From the NCBI GenBank assembly GCA_028534125.1, contig CM052816.1, positions 22,012,001-22,076,000 on the forward strand: a stretch of 64,000 nt of DNA, written 5' to 3'. Position 1 is the first letter of the stretch. Each line of letters starts with the position of its first letter. The translations under genes and the position numbers were made by a program. Source of the DNA: Lama glama. Lineage: Eukaryota. Shown here piece by piece: positions 12,519 through 25,850 of the stretch. The notes beneath the pieces were generated by a model. That model saw only the letters and a program-made list of their open reading frames with translations, did no database searches and was not told the DNA's origin.

Positions 12519-14750
12519 TACTTTATTTTAAAATTAAGTGATTATTAAAAATTGCAATTAGCCGATTTTTAAAGTAGGTGATTGTTTGAAACTGGATGAT
12601 TAATGAATTTTGGGTAGTTGAGAAGAGGAAGGAAATGATTTACAAGTATACGGAAGCCCCAAAACCCAGAAAAGTGGGAAGTATGTTTGGTTAGCATTGC
12701 TGTGTGACAGAAATGAAGTCCTTGAATTTTTACTTGGACTTCATGTGTATCATACAGTGAAAATCAAATCATGTCACAGTTCCCTTCCAGCTAAAAGAAT
12801 CTTTCATTCTCTAGGAACAGACCAAGAAAAATAAAGGGTCAAATGATTGGAAACAATAGCCCTTCTTACCATTAAAGGGTAGAGTATAATAATCCTTAAA
12901 GGGGGAGGAAAGCACTGTTAGTTCTAGGTTGTTAATGACAACATAGAGTTGTATAGAGTAAGAAGCACTATTGCATAATTAATTTTTTTGCCTTCTTTGC
13001 ACTTGATATACTTAAAGTTCAAAGATACACAAGGTCATGTTACATATCCTTAAACGGTAAAACACTGAAGTTAATGTCCTCAGTGGGCCACGGTGATAAG
13101 GCTCTCGCCCATGTCACAAAGACTTGTAGTAGAGACTAATATGCTGACGAAACTCATGGAAAATCAGTTGATCAGCTCATTCCTTTAATCAAAAAGTTTC
13201 TTTTAATCAGAATATATTCTCGTGGTCAAGAAACAAAAAATATACTGAAAGTTCTGATAATGAAAAATAAATGAATCGTTTTACCTCTCCTATCCCCATC
13301 CTGAATTCCCAAGAACATTCTCTTTTAACTCTTAAAATTTCTTTTTGTTATTTACCTCCATATTATTATATAGTATATTTAATGCAGCTGTTTCTTGGTT
13401 TATCAGTGGTAAAGCATATTTATCTTCCGTCATGAATTGATACCTGCCCTTTAGTCCTTTAACTTTTCAGTATAGTTCTAGCACTATCTTGTCTGTCAGC
13501 TCTAGTACATTGTCTGCTTTCTCCGATAATTTATTTTCCTCTCGCTTGAATCTATTTTATGAGAAACTGAGACCCCTGGATTGATCTTTTATGTCTGTTT
13601 TCTTCCATGTTTTCCTTTTTCTGAAAGTATTATTTTCTGTTTCCTCTGGAGTCATTTTGTGTGTGTGTGTTTCTGTCTTTCTGTTCGTGTCCCTTTCTCC
13701 TTGGAGGCTTTCCCTGTACATCAATATTTTGGTTTCTCATTTAGAGTTGAAAAAGGCACCAAAATGTAGATTGGGAGCACAGCCTGGAGAATCTCACTTT
13801 AGGGCTTGTTTTCTTTTTCACTCCCTGAAGGAGCATGTTTAAACATTATTTCCCCCTCATTGCTACTTCTGCCATGAAGTTTTAATGCCACAAGATTTAC
13901 TGTGTATCTGTTTATGTACTGTGAAAGATTCAAATTATCAGAAGGGTTTAGGGATGTCATTTCTCTGGGCTGGTCATTCGCAACATCTGCTCTCCTATCT
14001 AGTTATTCTGTGGGAAAATGGGGTAGAGGTAGGGGACGTCAACCACTAATGGACCTTGAATTAGTCTCTCAGTTTATAGCTCTATATAAGGCCTGCCCTC
14101 TGTTTTACCAGGCACTTGTGAGTCCTGAGACCCTTCCTGCTTTATGGGTGCAAATCTGCTCCTTTTTGTACATGTCCCCCTCTGTAAGCACTGTAACCCA
14201 TTATGTTTCTCTACCTTGCTACTTCAGTTGACATTCTTCGCTATGGTTTGTCTTCTAGAATTTTATTAAATTTTTAATTTTAATTTTCACTAAGGTTCCT
14301 CCTCAGTTCTGTTTGTTGTAGTGGTTCATTTGTTTTCAAATTATTAAGTGGTGTTCAGTTGGTGTATCAGAACTGAAAGGATAAACATTTGTGTTTAATT
14401 TTCCATCCAATCTGGACATCCTTAATAGTTTTTAAAAGTAAGCATTTCCATGTATCTCTAGTTTATATTCTAGTTGTATTTTTCTCTGTAAGATAGCATT
14501 AATTTTTTTCTTTCTTTGTATCTATTTATTTATTTCTAAGTTCTCATCCATTGTTTTATGCCTTACCAAGAACTCATTACTGTAACCTGTATTTGTCACT
14601 TTTATTTATTGTAATATGTATACCGGGTTGAGACTCAGTTTAGCTTGTACAAGCAGGAGAATTCTTTTCCTTTTTTAGATTTTAGGTGTTAGAAAATTAT
14701 ACTGAGGTATGTGTTAGACCTTCATGGAGATCTCCAAGCACTTTCTAGAG

Positions 14751-14957
14751 CTGCACTCTCTATGTAATCTAGTAGCCATTAGCTTCATGTGGCTATTTTA
14801 ATCAATTAAAATTAAATCAAATATAAAATCCAGTTCCTCAGTCACATTGGCCACATTTCAAGTATTCCATAACCACATATGACTAGTGGCTATCAAGTTG
14901 GACAGCACAGATGTAGAGCATCCCCATCATTGCCAAAAGTTCTGTTAGACAGCACTG
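14751..14957. mobile_element. hAT-Charlie MITE (MER3-like)
   Basis: tagccattagcttcatgtggcta...ggccacatttcaagt...ggacagcaca; 8-bp TSD TTCTAGAG at 14743-14750 and 14958-14965. Confidence 0.8.
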
Positions 14958-15781
14958 TTCTAGAGAGTAGAAAGTAGGACACCGCTCTGTAGCTTCTGAG
15001 CAACTGACTAGTTTCTTAAGCCCCAAGTTTACAGGAGTTGCTTATTCTGGTGAGTGTATAAGATTTCACTGAATAGATATCAACTTAAAAGGAAAAGAAC
15101 TGACGTCTTAAAGGTATCCTTAATGCCTTTAGGAAAGAGTGCAAGTCACAGGACTAGCTGTTATCTAAAGGAATGCAAGAGAGACAGCCAGAATTGCACT
15201 GTCATAATGATGCAATAATCTTCTTTTGTGTTGATTCAAGGAAGAATGTCAGAACATTGAGAGTCGTAAAATATAGTATGCATATAGTGTCCTCATCATC
15301 CTTTAGAGCTTTACTAACGAGCCTCAGCATAGGCAAGAAAATGATGACAATAAACTATTGTTTTGAGTGGGTACGTGGCTAAACTATTACCCCATTTAAA
15401 GTATTTTTCTTTGTTGTTGATTATTTGCAGTTTATTTAAGTACAGCTTATACCTTAGAAATGTAGGGCTGAAAGGGGCTCTGAAAATTATATAGTCTTAT
15501 GCTTTCATTTTACAGGTAAGGAAAACTGATGATTAAAGTAGAGAAATAATTTACCTGAAACCACACAGCCTTTGAGCCATTGTCAGACCAACACATTTGA
15601 GTTCATGTACAAAGCATTTCCCTTGATGCTGTGCTGATGACAAAGAAGGAAAGATTTGATTCATTGTCTCTTCTCAAAAGCTTTAATAATCTAGATGTGA
15701 GACCCAAGCCGACAACATAAACTTTTAACAGTCTGTAATTCTGGAAACTATGAATTTCATAATATGTTTTTCTCTTTCTAG

Positions 15782-15928
15782 AACAACAATTTGTAATCTT
15801 TACACAATGCCACGAATTGGAGAGCCTGTGTGGCTTACAATGATGTCGGGGACTCCAGAAAAGAACCAGCTTTGCCATCGTTTCATGAAGGAGTTCACCT
15901 TTCTAATGGAAAATGCTTCCAAAAACCA
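15782..15928 (+). CDS. FNIP1: FNIP1 coding exon (exon 12 equivalent), [48 protein letters not shown](Q)
   Basis: tttctctttctAG acceptor, CA|gtatgg donor; 147 nt; lies within ORF 15750..16001; recognised FNIP1 sequence. Confidence 0.96.
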
Positions 15929-16799
15929 GTATGGCTTATTCTATTTATCTGTCAGTCTAAGCTATCTTAACTGTATTTTAGCTATTATTTACTGTAACTA
16001 GACATCTAGATTATGATCAAACTTAATTACAAAAGTGAAAGAATTAACCGTTATCTTTAGAGTTATTTCATATTATTAATAAGCAAAACAGAGTTATAAA
16101 AGATAAATAATAGATAGGGTGTAAAAAAAGGCCAAAGAAGCTTATGAATGAAAAACAGTAGAAATGTCTTTAATTGTGTTAAATTAAAATTCCTGACATC
16201 TTACAGAACTCTCTGAGGCTTCTTATTTTTTTATGAATTATATCCATATATTCAGTTTCATTCTATAGAAAAGAAGTTGAAAAATACATAAGGAAGTGTC
16301 AGGATTCCAGTAACACATTTGTAGTATGATACTTTATCATATTGTTTTCTTCTGGTCATTCCTCAAATTCCTGGAATCCAGATGAGTTTTATTTTTTATT
16401 CTCTTTAATGGTAGACAGTTTTCCTAATACTTTCCTTCATTTTCCATTCAGTAATTTGGAAATGTATAGACATACTGGTTGATTCATTAATATATGTGTG
16501 TATTAAACACTGAAAAGAATCCATAGTTTTTCAAGTAAAGTGGCATTTTTATTTTGTAATTATGGTTAGAAATAGATCCTTGTGAATGCTGTCTTTGTTT
16601 TAAAGTTTTTTCTTTTAACTCCTACCTAACCAAAATATTTATTAACTTTCATTTTTATCCTGGTGATAGACTGATACTTTCTTCTCTTCTTTTTTGTGCT
16701 GTTTGGCCAAGTACTCTCCCTGCTTTACTCCGTCACTGCATTTTGCCTAAAGTTTTATGAAAGGAGATTAGAATCTGATAGGATGCATTTTGTTTTCAG

Positions 16800-16969
16800 A
16801 TTCTTGCCAGCACTCATTACTGCAGTTCTGACCAATCATCTTGCCTGGGTTCCGACAGTCATGCCAAATGGACAACCACCTATAAAAATATTTTTAGAAA
16901 AACATTCCTCTCAGAGTGTGGACATGTTGGCAAAGACTCATCCATATAACCCACTTTGGGCACAACTGG
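16800..16969 (+). CDS. FNIP1: FNIP1 coding exon (exon 13 equivalent), [56 protein letters not shown](G)
   Basis: ttttgttttcAG acceptor, CTGG|gtatgt donor; 170 nt; conserved FNIP/Lst4-type DENN-core motifs [11 protein letters not shown] and [11 protein letters not shown]. Confidence 0.97.
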
Positions 16970-17859
16970 GTATGTGTTCTGAAAACCCTTACATTATGCA
17001 TTATATTTAGACTTTTGTGTCGAATTATTTTATAGCAAAAATAAATATGAAGAAATTAAGTGCTCTGTTTTCCTTCCTTTGTTCTAAAGTACCTCTTCAT
17101 TACTTGTTCTTTCATGTCTGCTAAATTGTCTTATCCCCATCTTATGCCTGATTATCATTCCTTGTAGTTCAGGAACTGCAGCTAGAACAAGAGGAGCAGG
17201 ATGATGGCTGATTTACTAGTAACTTCAAGGTCTTCAGGGTGTTTTGTATTAGATACCTTCCTGGAAAGAATGAATGAACAAAGTCACCTGTAATAGCTAG
17301 AATAACCTGGTTAACTGAGAAGCAGTCATTGAGGTTTCTATCATTCCACTTTTGTTTGTTTGCTGAGTAATTTTTGAAAATGTTTCCCTTAGTGCTAGGC
17401 CCTCCACTAAATAAATAGGTAACAGGAGAGAGGAATTAGTTGATGAGTTGACAGTCATTAGGAAGGCAGTATAGCATGGTGCTTATATTTAAGCACAAGC
17501 TATAGAGTTAGGCAGACCACGTTTGAATCATAGTTTCCTTATTTATAAGTGGAGATAGTAATAAATGGTACATCCTTCATGAAGTTGTGAAAATTAAATG
17601 AGATATTTACAGTACTTAGGACAGTGTCTGGTAAATGTAGTTGCTGTTACTTTTCTTACTCTATTGCTGTTTGGTTATGGGGGAGGAGTGTGATGAGCAC
17701 ATTTCAGTGATCTGGTAGAAACCTTAACTTCCCTTAGGTTCTGGTGGTGAGTGAGCTTGCCAGGCAGATTGTCATGTGGCTTATTGATTCATATAACCAG
17801 CCTCCCTCCCTCATTCCTACCCTGTCTGTTTCCTCCCTTACTCTCTTTTTTCCTTCCTT

Positions 17860-18275
17860 CTGCATAATTGAGGGATAATTGACATATAGCAAACACATAT
17901 ATAAAGCATAGAACCTTCTAAGTTTTGATAATATATATAAAATATATATACCTCTGAAACCATCACCAGAATCAAGATGGTGAGCATATTCATCACTACA
18001 AAAGTTTCTCATGCTCTTTTGTAATCCCTCCCTTTTATTCCTCCCTATTCTGCCTATTTACTTTCCCTTATTATACTCAGCCGCTGGTCTGCTTTCTGTA
18101 ACTATAGATTGGTTTGCTGTTTCTAGAATTTTATATAGATGGAATCATAATACTGTGTGCTTTTTTTGGTCTGAATTCTTTCATTCAGCATAATTATTTT
18201 GAGGTTCATCTGTGTTATCTGTATTAATAGTTAATTCCTTTTTAATGCTGAGTAGTATTTCATTTTATAATATTA
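17860..18275 (-). mobile_element. Old L1 (L1ME-like) 3' fragment
   Basis: gaaaccatcaccagaatcaagatggtgagcatattcatcac...ggaatcataatactgtgtgc...tcattcagcataattattttgagg. Confidence 0.65.
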
Positions 18276-19712
18276 AGTTACCTTTTTTCAAATCAAGTAA
18301 TTCAGTAGTCCTCTTTTAAATTTGAACGTTTCAAATCTGTTTTCAGTTCTATAATCATTTATTGAATGTACAGTATACTTAAGGCTCTGGGTAAAGCTCA
18401 CTGGAAGGTGTAAAGGTGAATGATATCTAGTCCTTGCCTTTAAGAAGTGACAGACTTATACTGTACATAAAATATATGTGGACAATAACGATAATTCAAA
18501 GGAACTATGAGAGAAATGAAAAACTCAGTGGGAGTTCAATTAGGGAAGCTTCCTTTGGACTGGCAGAGACACGGAGGGAAGGGAAAGTATATAGCACTAT
18601 TAAAGGGGTCAAGGTATTGAAAGTACTGATCATATTCAGGGGTCCTATTTAAGTAGTCCCACTTTAAGTGGGACTTAGGGTGACTAAAGGTGAAAAAGGG
18701 TAACTATCAGAAGATAAACCTGAAAGAGTAAAGTAGAACCAATCATGAAAGACTTACCATGCCATCCAGTTTCAATTTATTCCGTAATTAGTGGGAACCT
18801 TGGGAGTAGTTTTGAACAGTGACATGTTGGTACTAAATCCAGTTCCTTAGCCAGAAGAGAAAATTTATCATAATACTGTCTATACCATATTATTTGAGAC
18901 TTATTTATGTTTGTTCCTTTAAAAAGTGTGTCGTTTTTGTAAAGTAAAAGTAGAGGTTTTTAAATGTGTCTAGTGACAACTTGCAAAACTTGAATTAAAT
19001 TTAATTATTTTATGTACTCCATTTTTAAGTGTGTTTTAGCACCAGTTTCTTTGTTGGTTTAAATTTGAGCTACAGCATAAATACAGAAATGACATTAATT
19101 ACTCCTAGGTCCTCCCTTCCCCCTTTTTAAATGTGGTGGCTCTTCATGTCTCGTATGGATACAGAAGTGACAGTGAATCACATGGCTGAACATGTCGCCC
19201 TGTTTTGTTTATCCTGAGTATCCAACCCTGTCAGGAATGAAATGGAAAATGAGTTTTTAAAAACATGGGAGCTACTGTGGAGTCTTGGGTAGGGGAGCAA
19301 CAGATGAAGTTCAGGAATATGATTTAAATCAAGAAACAGTAAGTGTGTGATGTGACTGCTCTGTTCCACTCTACTCCCTGCTTCAGACAGTACTTCTCCA
19401 TCTAGGTGAAGTGCTTTGCAAGGGGACTGGCACAGAGCATATTCTTGGTAAATGTGACTTTCACAGCTAACTGTTTGCTTGTGGTTTCAGAACCACTGTA
19501 GCTGCTTAAGGAGGAAGCTTGAAAGCCCTTTCTCTCTGGTTAAGACCATTCATTTCATCCTACTCTCCTGAACAGTCACTCATTTATTAAGGAACTAAGA
19601 GTGAAATCTAAACTATCCCTCATACAATAGGAGTAGGTTTCTGATAATTGAAAATAGCCTGCTTGGCTGAATCTGTAGAAGATGTGTCCATAAACTGATT
19701 TTTCCATTTCAG

Positions 19713-21126
19713 GAGACTTATATGGTGCTATTGGCTCTCCTGTACGGTTAGCAAGGACTGTGGTAGTTGGCAAACGACAAGATATGGTCCAGAGGCTGCT
19801 TTATTTTCTTACTTATTTCATAAGATGCTCTGAACTTCAAGAAACCCATCTTTTAGAAAGCGGAGAAGATGAAGCCATTGTTATGCCAGGCACAGTAATT
19901 ACTACCACTTTAGAGAAAGGTGAAATCGAAGAATCTGAGTATGTGCTAATCACAATGCATAGAAACAAAAGCAGTTTGCTCTTTAAAGAGTCAGAAGAAA
20001 CAAGGACTCCTAATTGTAACTGTAAATATTGCAGTCCTCCACTGCTTGGGCATAATATAGAGAATGTTTCACAACAAGAGAGAGAAGATATTCAAAACAG
20101 CTCTAAGGAGCTGCTAGGAATTTCAGATGAGTGCCGAATGATTTCTCCTTCTGACTGCCAAGAAGAAAATGCTGTTGATGTTAAACAGTACCGAGATAAA
20201 TTAAGAACTTGCCTTGACACCAAGTTAGAAACAGTTGTTTGCACAGGCTCTGCTCCAGTAGACAAATGTGCATTGTCAACGTCAGGCTTAGAGCCAGCAG
20301 AGGAAACATGGCAAAGTGAGGAATTGCTGGACACGGGTGATCACACAGGTAAAATGTTGAGATCCACGGGAATGGTTGTAGAAAAAAAACCTCCAGATAA
20401 GCTTGTGACGGCTGCATTTTCTTGTGAGGCAACCCAGACAAAAGTTACTTTCTTGATTGGGGATTCTATGTCACCTGACTCAGATACTGAGCTCCGGAGT
20501 CAGGCAGTGGTGGATCAGATTACCAGGCATAACACCAAACCACCGAAGGAAGAAAGGGGGACTGTTGATCAGCATCAAGAACCTAAACAAACAGTGAAAT
20601 CTGGAGAGCCTGATACACCGAACATAGTTTCTGGAGAACCCTGCGAACTTCCCTGCTGGAATCATTCAGACCCAGAAAGCATGAGCTTATTTGATGAATA
20701 TTTTAATGATGATTCAATTGAAACGAGGACTATTGATGATATTCCAGTTAAAACAAGTACAGACAGTAAAGAATACTGCTGTATGTTAGAGTTTTCAAAA
20801 AGATTGTGTACAAAAAATAACAAACAGAACAATGAATTTTGTAAATGTGTAGAATCAGTTCACCAAGACTCATGTAAAACCTGCTTTCCTCAGCAAGACC
20901 AAAGAGATACACTCTCCATGCTTGTCCCCCATGGGGATAAAGAGAGTTCAGAGAAAAAAATTGCTGTGGGAACTGAATGGGACATTCCAAGAAATGAAAG
21001 TTCAGATAGTGCCCTCGGGGATAGTGAAAGTGAAGATACAGGTCATGATATGACTAGACAAGTAAGCAGTTACTATGGAGGAGAGCAAGAAGATTGGGCA
21101 GAAGAAGATGAGATACCTTTTCCTGG
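19713..21126 (+). CDS. FNIP1: FNIP1 large coding exon (exon 14 equivalent): DENN segment, Cys-rich FEM1B degron, acidic linker and CK2 phosphoserine cluster [14 protein letters not shown]
   Basis: tttttccatttcAG|GAGAC acceptor, CCTGG|gtaagt donor; 1414 nt of open frame (ORF 19760..21130, 456 aa); starts [43 protein letters not shown]. Confidence 0.98.
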
Positions 21127-21424
21127 GTAAGTAGGAAGTTTTAACCTGTTATAAACCTTTTATAAATATGAACCATTCTTTTGTTTAGCTGACCTCTGAA
21201 AGTTGTTAGTAGTTAATAGAAGAGATCTTTGTCCTGGACATACTCTCTTTTATTATCTTGTGCTCTTACTTATAAGGATTAAAAGGCATCCACAGGCATC
21301 CCAGAAAAGCTTTTTGAAGGCATTAGAGAAAAGTTATGTTGGTGCTTGGGAGACCCCTTAGTGCTTAGAAGTTTTCAAGCCGTTTCAGAGCTAATTATGC
21401 CCCCCTAAAAGAATCTACGCTGTA

Positions 21425-21566
21425 GGGGGTAGTTATAGCTCAGTGGTAGAGTGCCTGCTTAGCATGCCCAAGGTCCTGGGTTCAACTCCCAGTACCCCCA
21501 TTAAAAATAAATACATACATAAATACATACATACCCTAACTACCTCCCCCTCAAAGGAAAAAAAAA
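21425..21566 (+). mobile_element. tRNA-Ala-derived SINE (camelid Vic-1-like)
   Basis: A box TAGCTCAGTGG, B box GGTTCAACTCC, CTTAGCAT loop, (ATAC)n linker, cctaactacctccccc and A tail; partial TSD AAAAGAATCT on both sides. Confidence 0.88.
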
Positions 21567-22081
21567 GAATCTGAGCCTGAGCCTGGCAACTAGGAAGAGG
21601 TAATCACTGAGAGAAGGTAGAAAAAAGCTGTTAGAAGTAAGTTTGGAAATGAGAGGAAAGCATAGAGTGTGTACTCTTGGTCAAGAATACAAGGAGAAGA
21701 TTCATACTTGAGAAATGTTGTATACCAGGCTTTGAGTTTGTGAGTTACTTATACTTTGTTTTGGATGATGGTTTCCATAATTTGATTGTATTAAGAATAT
21801 GTTACATACATAAAGAACAGCATTCCTTAAGTCTGTTTTGAAAGATTTATGCTCACCTCATTATAAAATTGTTCATCAGACCTTTTTTGGATAGGAAGGA
21901 TTAGTTAGTGGTCTGATTGAGCCCTTAAGCCAGTTTTATTCAAGGATGGTTTTACTCTTAGTATATTTTGTAGAGATGATGGTATTGGAAATATGTACTA
22001 GTAGAGTCCAAATGTTTTCTAATTGCTAAAATATATTTATTTACTAATTAGTTATGCCTTCTTTTGGAACTTTTCTTCCAG

Positions 22082-22250
22082 GTCAAAGTTAATTGAAGTG
22101 AGTGCTGTTCAGCCCAATATTGCCAACTTTGGGAGGTCCTTGCTGGGTGGCTACTGCTCGTCTTATGTGCCTGACTTTGTTCTTCAAGGAATTGGGAATG
22201 ATGAGAGGCTCCGTCAGTGTCTTGTGTCAGATTTGTCTCATGCTGTGCAG
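22082..22250 (+). CDS. FNIP1: FNIP1 coding exon (exon 15 equivalent), [56 protein letters not shown]
   Basis: ttttcttccAG acceptor, CAG|gtgagt donor; 169 nt; FNIP C-terminal motif [11 protein letters not shown]. Confidence 0.97.
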
Positions 22251-22544
22251 GTGAGTGACCTTCACTGCTCTTAAATTTATTTAGGATGAACTCTGTTTAC
22301 CAGTAGATCCCAGAATTGCCTTCTGTTTTTGGTCACACTTTGTTGGCTAACATAGTCATTGTTCTTTGAATCCATCTCTTTATACATAATAACCTGCATG
22401 TTTGTACCTGTTACCGTGAAAGCAAGTAGAGAGTTTGCAGAATCTATCGAAATGGAAATCTGAAAACACAGAAAATACTGTATCTATTCATCGATGTTCA
22501 TCACTAGATTATTTATAATATCAAAAAAGTTGCAAATGCTTCAA

Positions 22545-23345
22545 TGTGAATGAAATTATTTTTCTTGCTTGTATATAGAAGTACAATTGATTTTGGTGTA
22601 TTCTTCTTGTATCCTGCCTTGTATCTTTTATTAGTTCTCATAGTTTTTGTATGTATTCCTTAGGATTGTCTGCATATATGCTCATATTATGTTAATAGAC
22701 AGCTTCACATCTTCCTTTCCAGTCTGAATGCCTTCGTTTTCTTTTTCTTGCCTAATTGTACAGGCTAGAACTCTGTCAGTACAGTGTGGCGTAAAAGTGC
22801 TGATAGAGCACATTTCTGTCTTGTTCTTTATCTTAGGCAGGTAACATTGAGCCTTTCATTATTAAGTATGATGTTAGCTGTAGAATTCTTGAGATGCTTT
22901 TCATCAGGTGGACAAAGTTCCTTCCTATTCCTAGTATTTTGAGTTTTCTGTCCCCCTCACCGCCACTCCCTTAAATCATGAGTAAGTGTGGGATTTTGTC
23001 AAATGCTTCTTGTGTCTATTGAAGTGATCACGTTGTATTTCTTATTTAAACTATTAATGTGATAGATTACATTAATTGATTTTAGATGTTAAACCAATCT
23101 TTGTATTCCTGGGCAGGAAATCCTTCTTGTTCATGGTTTATAGTACTCATATGGCGTATGAGTTAATTTTTGTATATGGAATAAGATAAATGGTCCAGTT
23201 TCATTCTTCTGCAGTGTGGCTGTGTAGTTTCCCCAGCACCATTTACTGAAGAACTGTCCTTTCTCCATTGTGTATTCTTGAGTCCTTTGTCATAAATTAA
23301 TTGAGCATATATACATGGATTTACATCTGTGTTCTCTAGTCTCTG
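22545..23345 (-). mobile_element. Degraded L1 ORF2 fragments, antisense
   Basis: attaagtatgatgttagctgtag, cttcctattcctagt, ccagcaccatttactgaag are L1 antisense motifs. Confidence 0.7.
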
Positions 23346-24009
23346 TTGCTCATCGTTTAGAATAACTTTTTTTCTCTTATTGTTCTAAATAACATTGATA
23401 CTATTGCTGTGTTTTATGAATTTAAGGTTATTTCTGTAGGCTAAATTCCCAGAAATGAAGTTACTAGCCAATTGTTAAGGTTAGGACTATTTTCATGTTC
23501 TTGTTGCATGTTTGGTAGTTTCTTCTCCAAAAGGTGATGCTAGTTGGAACAGCAATTTGTAACATCCCTAAGATCTTTGTTCCCTTTGTGACACTAAGGG
23601 GTGTCTCTCTCTCTCTCTCTTTTTTTTTTTTTTCTAAGATAATTGAAGAAAACTGGCTAGTTTTGAGGAAAGCACACTGACGTTGATTTGGTACCTTTTG
23701 AGTTTAAAAGTGCAATTTGCAAGGCCATGTTTGAACGCCTAGCAGGCAACTGAAAAATCAGGTTTTGTGACATGGTGGAGATATGGGAATATCTGCTAGA
23801 GAGGAAATACTTGAATATTTGGGACTTTATGTATTGAAATTCTGGAAATGCCTAGGAGAAAAAAGGGGCTGGTAAGATTGTGGTTAAATTTGTATTGTAG
23901 AAGTTACCAAACTCAGAGAAAAAAGTGTTTTAAAAAAATAAAACTTTTGATTTACTGCTTCTTTCTCATATTTATACACTTCCTATTTTTATTTTTATTT
24001 TATTTTTAA

Positions 24010-25850
24010 CACATATATTGTGGTATGATTCCTGTACAGTAAACCACACATACTTCACATGTACAATCTGATGAATTTTGATAGATGTGTATACACCAGT
24101 GAAACCACCACCACAGTCGAGGTAGCTATAACATTTCCATCACTCACCAAGAGGTGCAAATTTTGAATTCCCAATTTATCCCTTCCCACCCCTTTTACCC
24201 ACTGGTAACCAAACCATAAGTTTGTTCTCTTGAACAAATGACTGTGAGTCTGTTTCTGTTTTGTAGATACATTTTTTTTTTTAGATTCCACATATAAGTG
24301 ATATCATATGGTATTTTTCTTTCTCTTTCTTTCTTCACTTTGGATATTCTGACAGTCTCCAGATCCATCCATGTTGCTGCAAATGGCGTTATTTTATTCT
24401 TTTTTATGGCTGAGTAGTATTCCAGTATGTGAGTGTGTGTGTGTCTGTGTTTATGTATGTGTGTGTGTGTGTGTACACACACACACCCCCCAAACCTTTA
24501 TCCAGTCATCTGTTGATGGACATTTGGGTTATTTCCATGTCTTGGCTATTGTAAGTAATGCTGCGGTGAACCCCGGGGTGCTTGTGTCTTTCTGAATTAT
24601 ATTTTCCTCCAGATATATGCCCAGGAGTGGGATTGCTGGATCATATAGTGAGTCTATTTTTAGTTTTTTGAGGAATCTTTATACTGTCCTCCATAGTGGC
24701 GGCACCAATTTACATTCCCATCAACAGTGTAGGAGCGTTCCTTTTTCTCCACACCCTGTCTGGCATTTATAATTTGTGAACTGTTTAATGATGTGGCCAT
24801 TCTGACTGGTGAGAGGTGATATCTCATTGTAGTTTTGACTTGCATTTCTCTAACAATTAGTGATGTTGAGCATCTTTTCATGTGCTTGTTGGCCATCTGT
24901 ATGTCTTCTTTGGAGAGATGTCTATTTAGATCTTCTGCCCATTTCTTGATTGAGTTGGGTTTTTTTTGATGTTAAGCTGTATGAGATATTTGTATATTTT
25001 GGAAACTAGTCTCTTTGTTGGTCACATCATTTGCAAATATTTTCTCCCATTCTGTAGGTTGTCTTTTCATTTTGTTGATGCAAAAGCTTGTAAGTTTAAT
25101 TAGATCCCAATGTATTACTTTTGCTTTTATTTCCATTACTCTAGGAGTTGGTTCTAAAAAAAATATTGCTTTGATTTATGTCAATGTATTCTTCTAGGAG
25201 ACTTATGGTGTCTGGTGTTACATTTAGATCTTTAATCCATTTTGAGTTTGTTTTCTGTATATAGTGTTAGAGAATGTTCTAATTTCAGTCTTTTACAGGT
25301 AGCTGTCTAGTTTTCCCGGCATCACTTACTGAAGAGACTGTCTTTTCTCCATTGTATATTCTTGCCTTCTTTGTCATAGATTAATTGACCATAAATGCGT
25401 GCAATTATTTCTGGACTTTCTATCCTGTACTGTTGATCTGTATGTCTGTTTTTGTGCCAGTACCATACTGTTTTGATTATGGTAGCTTTGTAGTATAGTC
25501 TGAAGTCAAGGAGCATGATTTCCCTCAGCTCTGCTTTCCTTTTTCAAGACTATTTTGGCTATCTGGGGTCTTTTGTTTTCCATACAGATTTTAACATTTT
25601 CCATTCCAGCTCTGTAAAAAATGTCATCGATAATTTGATAGCGATTGCATCGAATCTGTATATTACCTTTGGTAGTATGGCCATTTTAACAATATTGATT
25701 ATTCCAGTCCAAGAACACTGTATATCTTTCATCTGTTTATGTCACCTTCGATTTCTTTCATCAGTATCTTACAGTTTTTGGAGCACAGGTCCTTTACCTC
25801 ATTAGATAGGTTTATTCCTAGGTATTTTATTCAATGGTAAATGGGATTAA
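24010..25850 (-). mobile_element. L1 3'UTR plus ORF2 C-terminal part, antisense, containing a (TG)n/(CA)n tract at ~24428-24486
   Basis: ORFs 24195..24482 (YYSAIKKNKITPFAATWMDLE), 24660..24896 ([28 protein letters not shown]) and 25322..25516 are L1 ORF2 pieces. Confidence 0.92.

Noticed and set aside
20092..20990. Several antisense ORFs within the large FNIP1 exon
   Set aside because: Short shadow ORFs of a coding exon, with no independent promoter or splice evidence.
21425..21500. Possible tRNA-Ala(AGC) gene: A/B boxes, GGGGGTA/TACCCCC acceptor-like stem, intact T-arm
   Set aside because: There are 4 extra nt after the acceptor strand, the anticodon stem is mostly unpaired (CCTGC/GCCCA), and it is followed by a SINE body, A tail and partial TSD. 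It is a SINE head.
24195..25805. L1 ORF2-like ORFs (also 56027-57394) as active retrotransposon genes
   Set aside because: Fragmented by stops and frameshifts and lacking ORF1 and endonuclease; they are inactive relics.
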